A stretch of DNA of 62,943 bases, filler included, from Rhabdomonas costata (lineage: Eukaryota), in NCBI GenBank assembly GCA_019059605.1. It is 40 parts of 40 records of this genome, joined end to end, with 100 filler letters (N's around TTAATTAATTAA, not from the genome) between each part and the next. Parts side by side here need not be neighbours in the genome. Positions count along the whole stretch, not along the records: positions 61,467 to 62,943 come from JAHMHO010014971.1; 39 more parts are not named here. One strand, given 5' to 3'. Shown here piece by piece: positions 62,587-62,943 of the stretch. The notes below the pieces were generated by a model, which saw nothing but the letters and a program-made list of their open reading frames with translations, had not been told where the DNA came from and searched no databases. Made by a program: the position numbers and the translations under genes. Within the stretch, counting starts at the first letter, position 1. Each line of letters opens with the position of its first letter.

Positions 62587-62943
62587 TACCGGAGGCTGAG
62601 CGGAAGAGGGCAGGAATAGCCCGCAACGCACCTATAGAGCGATGTGCTGGCACGGCAACGCCTGTGTATACCGGTGCTGCCCCTTCCCGCGAGAAAAGGC
62701 GCCAGCCTCCCAAAGAAGGAGTGTGGAGTTGCAATGACCTGAGCAGCAATGGAACCATGCAGGTCGCCGCTGGAAAAGAGCAGCTGCGCGACAATGGCCC
62801 GGGACCCGTGGGGCTGAAGGGAGGTCACCAGATTTGGAAAGGTTGGCGGTGAGCCGGTTTCTGTTCCCCGCGGCACCGTTCGCTCCACCCGTGGCCAACA
62901 GCGCGTGCGCCAGTCAGTCCAGAGTGGTAACCAACAACCACAA

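Overview
This window is not contiguous genome. It is 40 unrelated fragments of about 1.47 kb, joined by an artificial N-TTAATTAATTAA-N linker with stops in all six frames. Most fragments start with G/T-only bases and end with A/C-only bases, which suggests semi-random-primer whole-genome amplification, so adjacency across linkers means nothing. The DNA is from an intron-rich, flagellated eukaryote: short GC-rich exons, mostly GT-AG introns and (GT)n microsatellites. A euglenozoan/euglenid source is inferred, not proven. Hand-splicing recovers fragments of CCT3, PP4C, a MAPK, CLASP, exportin-7, CFAP65, axonemal dynein, SOF1/DCAF13, myosin, TM9SF, UPRT, an ERI-type exonuclease, an androglobin-type calpain, an adenylyl cyclase and others. 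It also recovers decayed Merlin and LINE relics. The best leads are (1) a spliced WWE + bacterial-type SIR2 (NADase-like) fusion and (2) a bacterial-like FAD oxidoreductase split by a 250-nt non-GT-AG intron with base-paired ends. All protein calls rest on motif recognition by eye; no searches were run.
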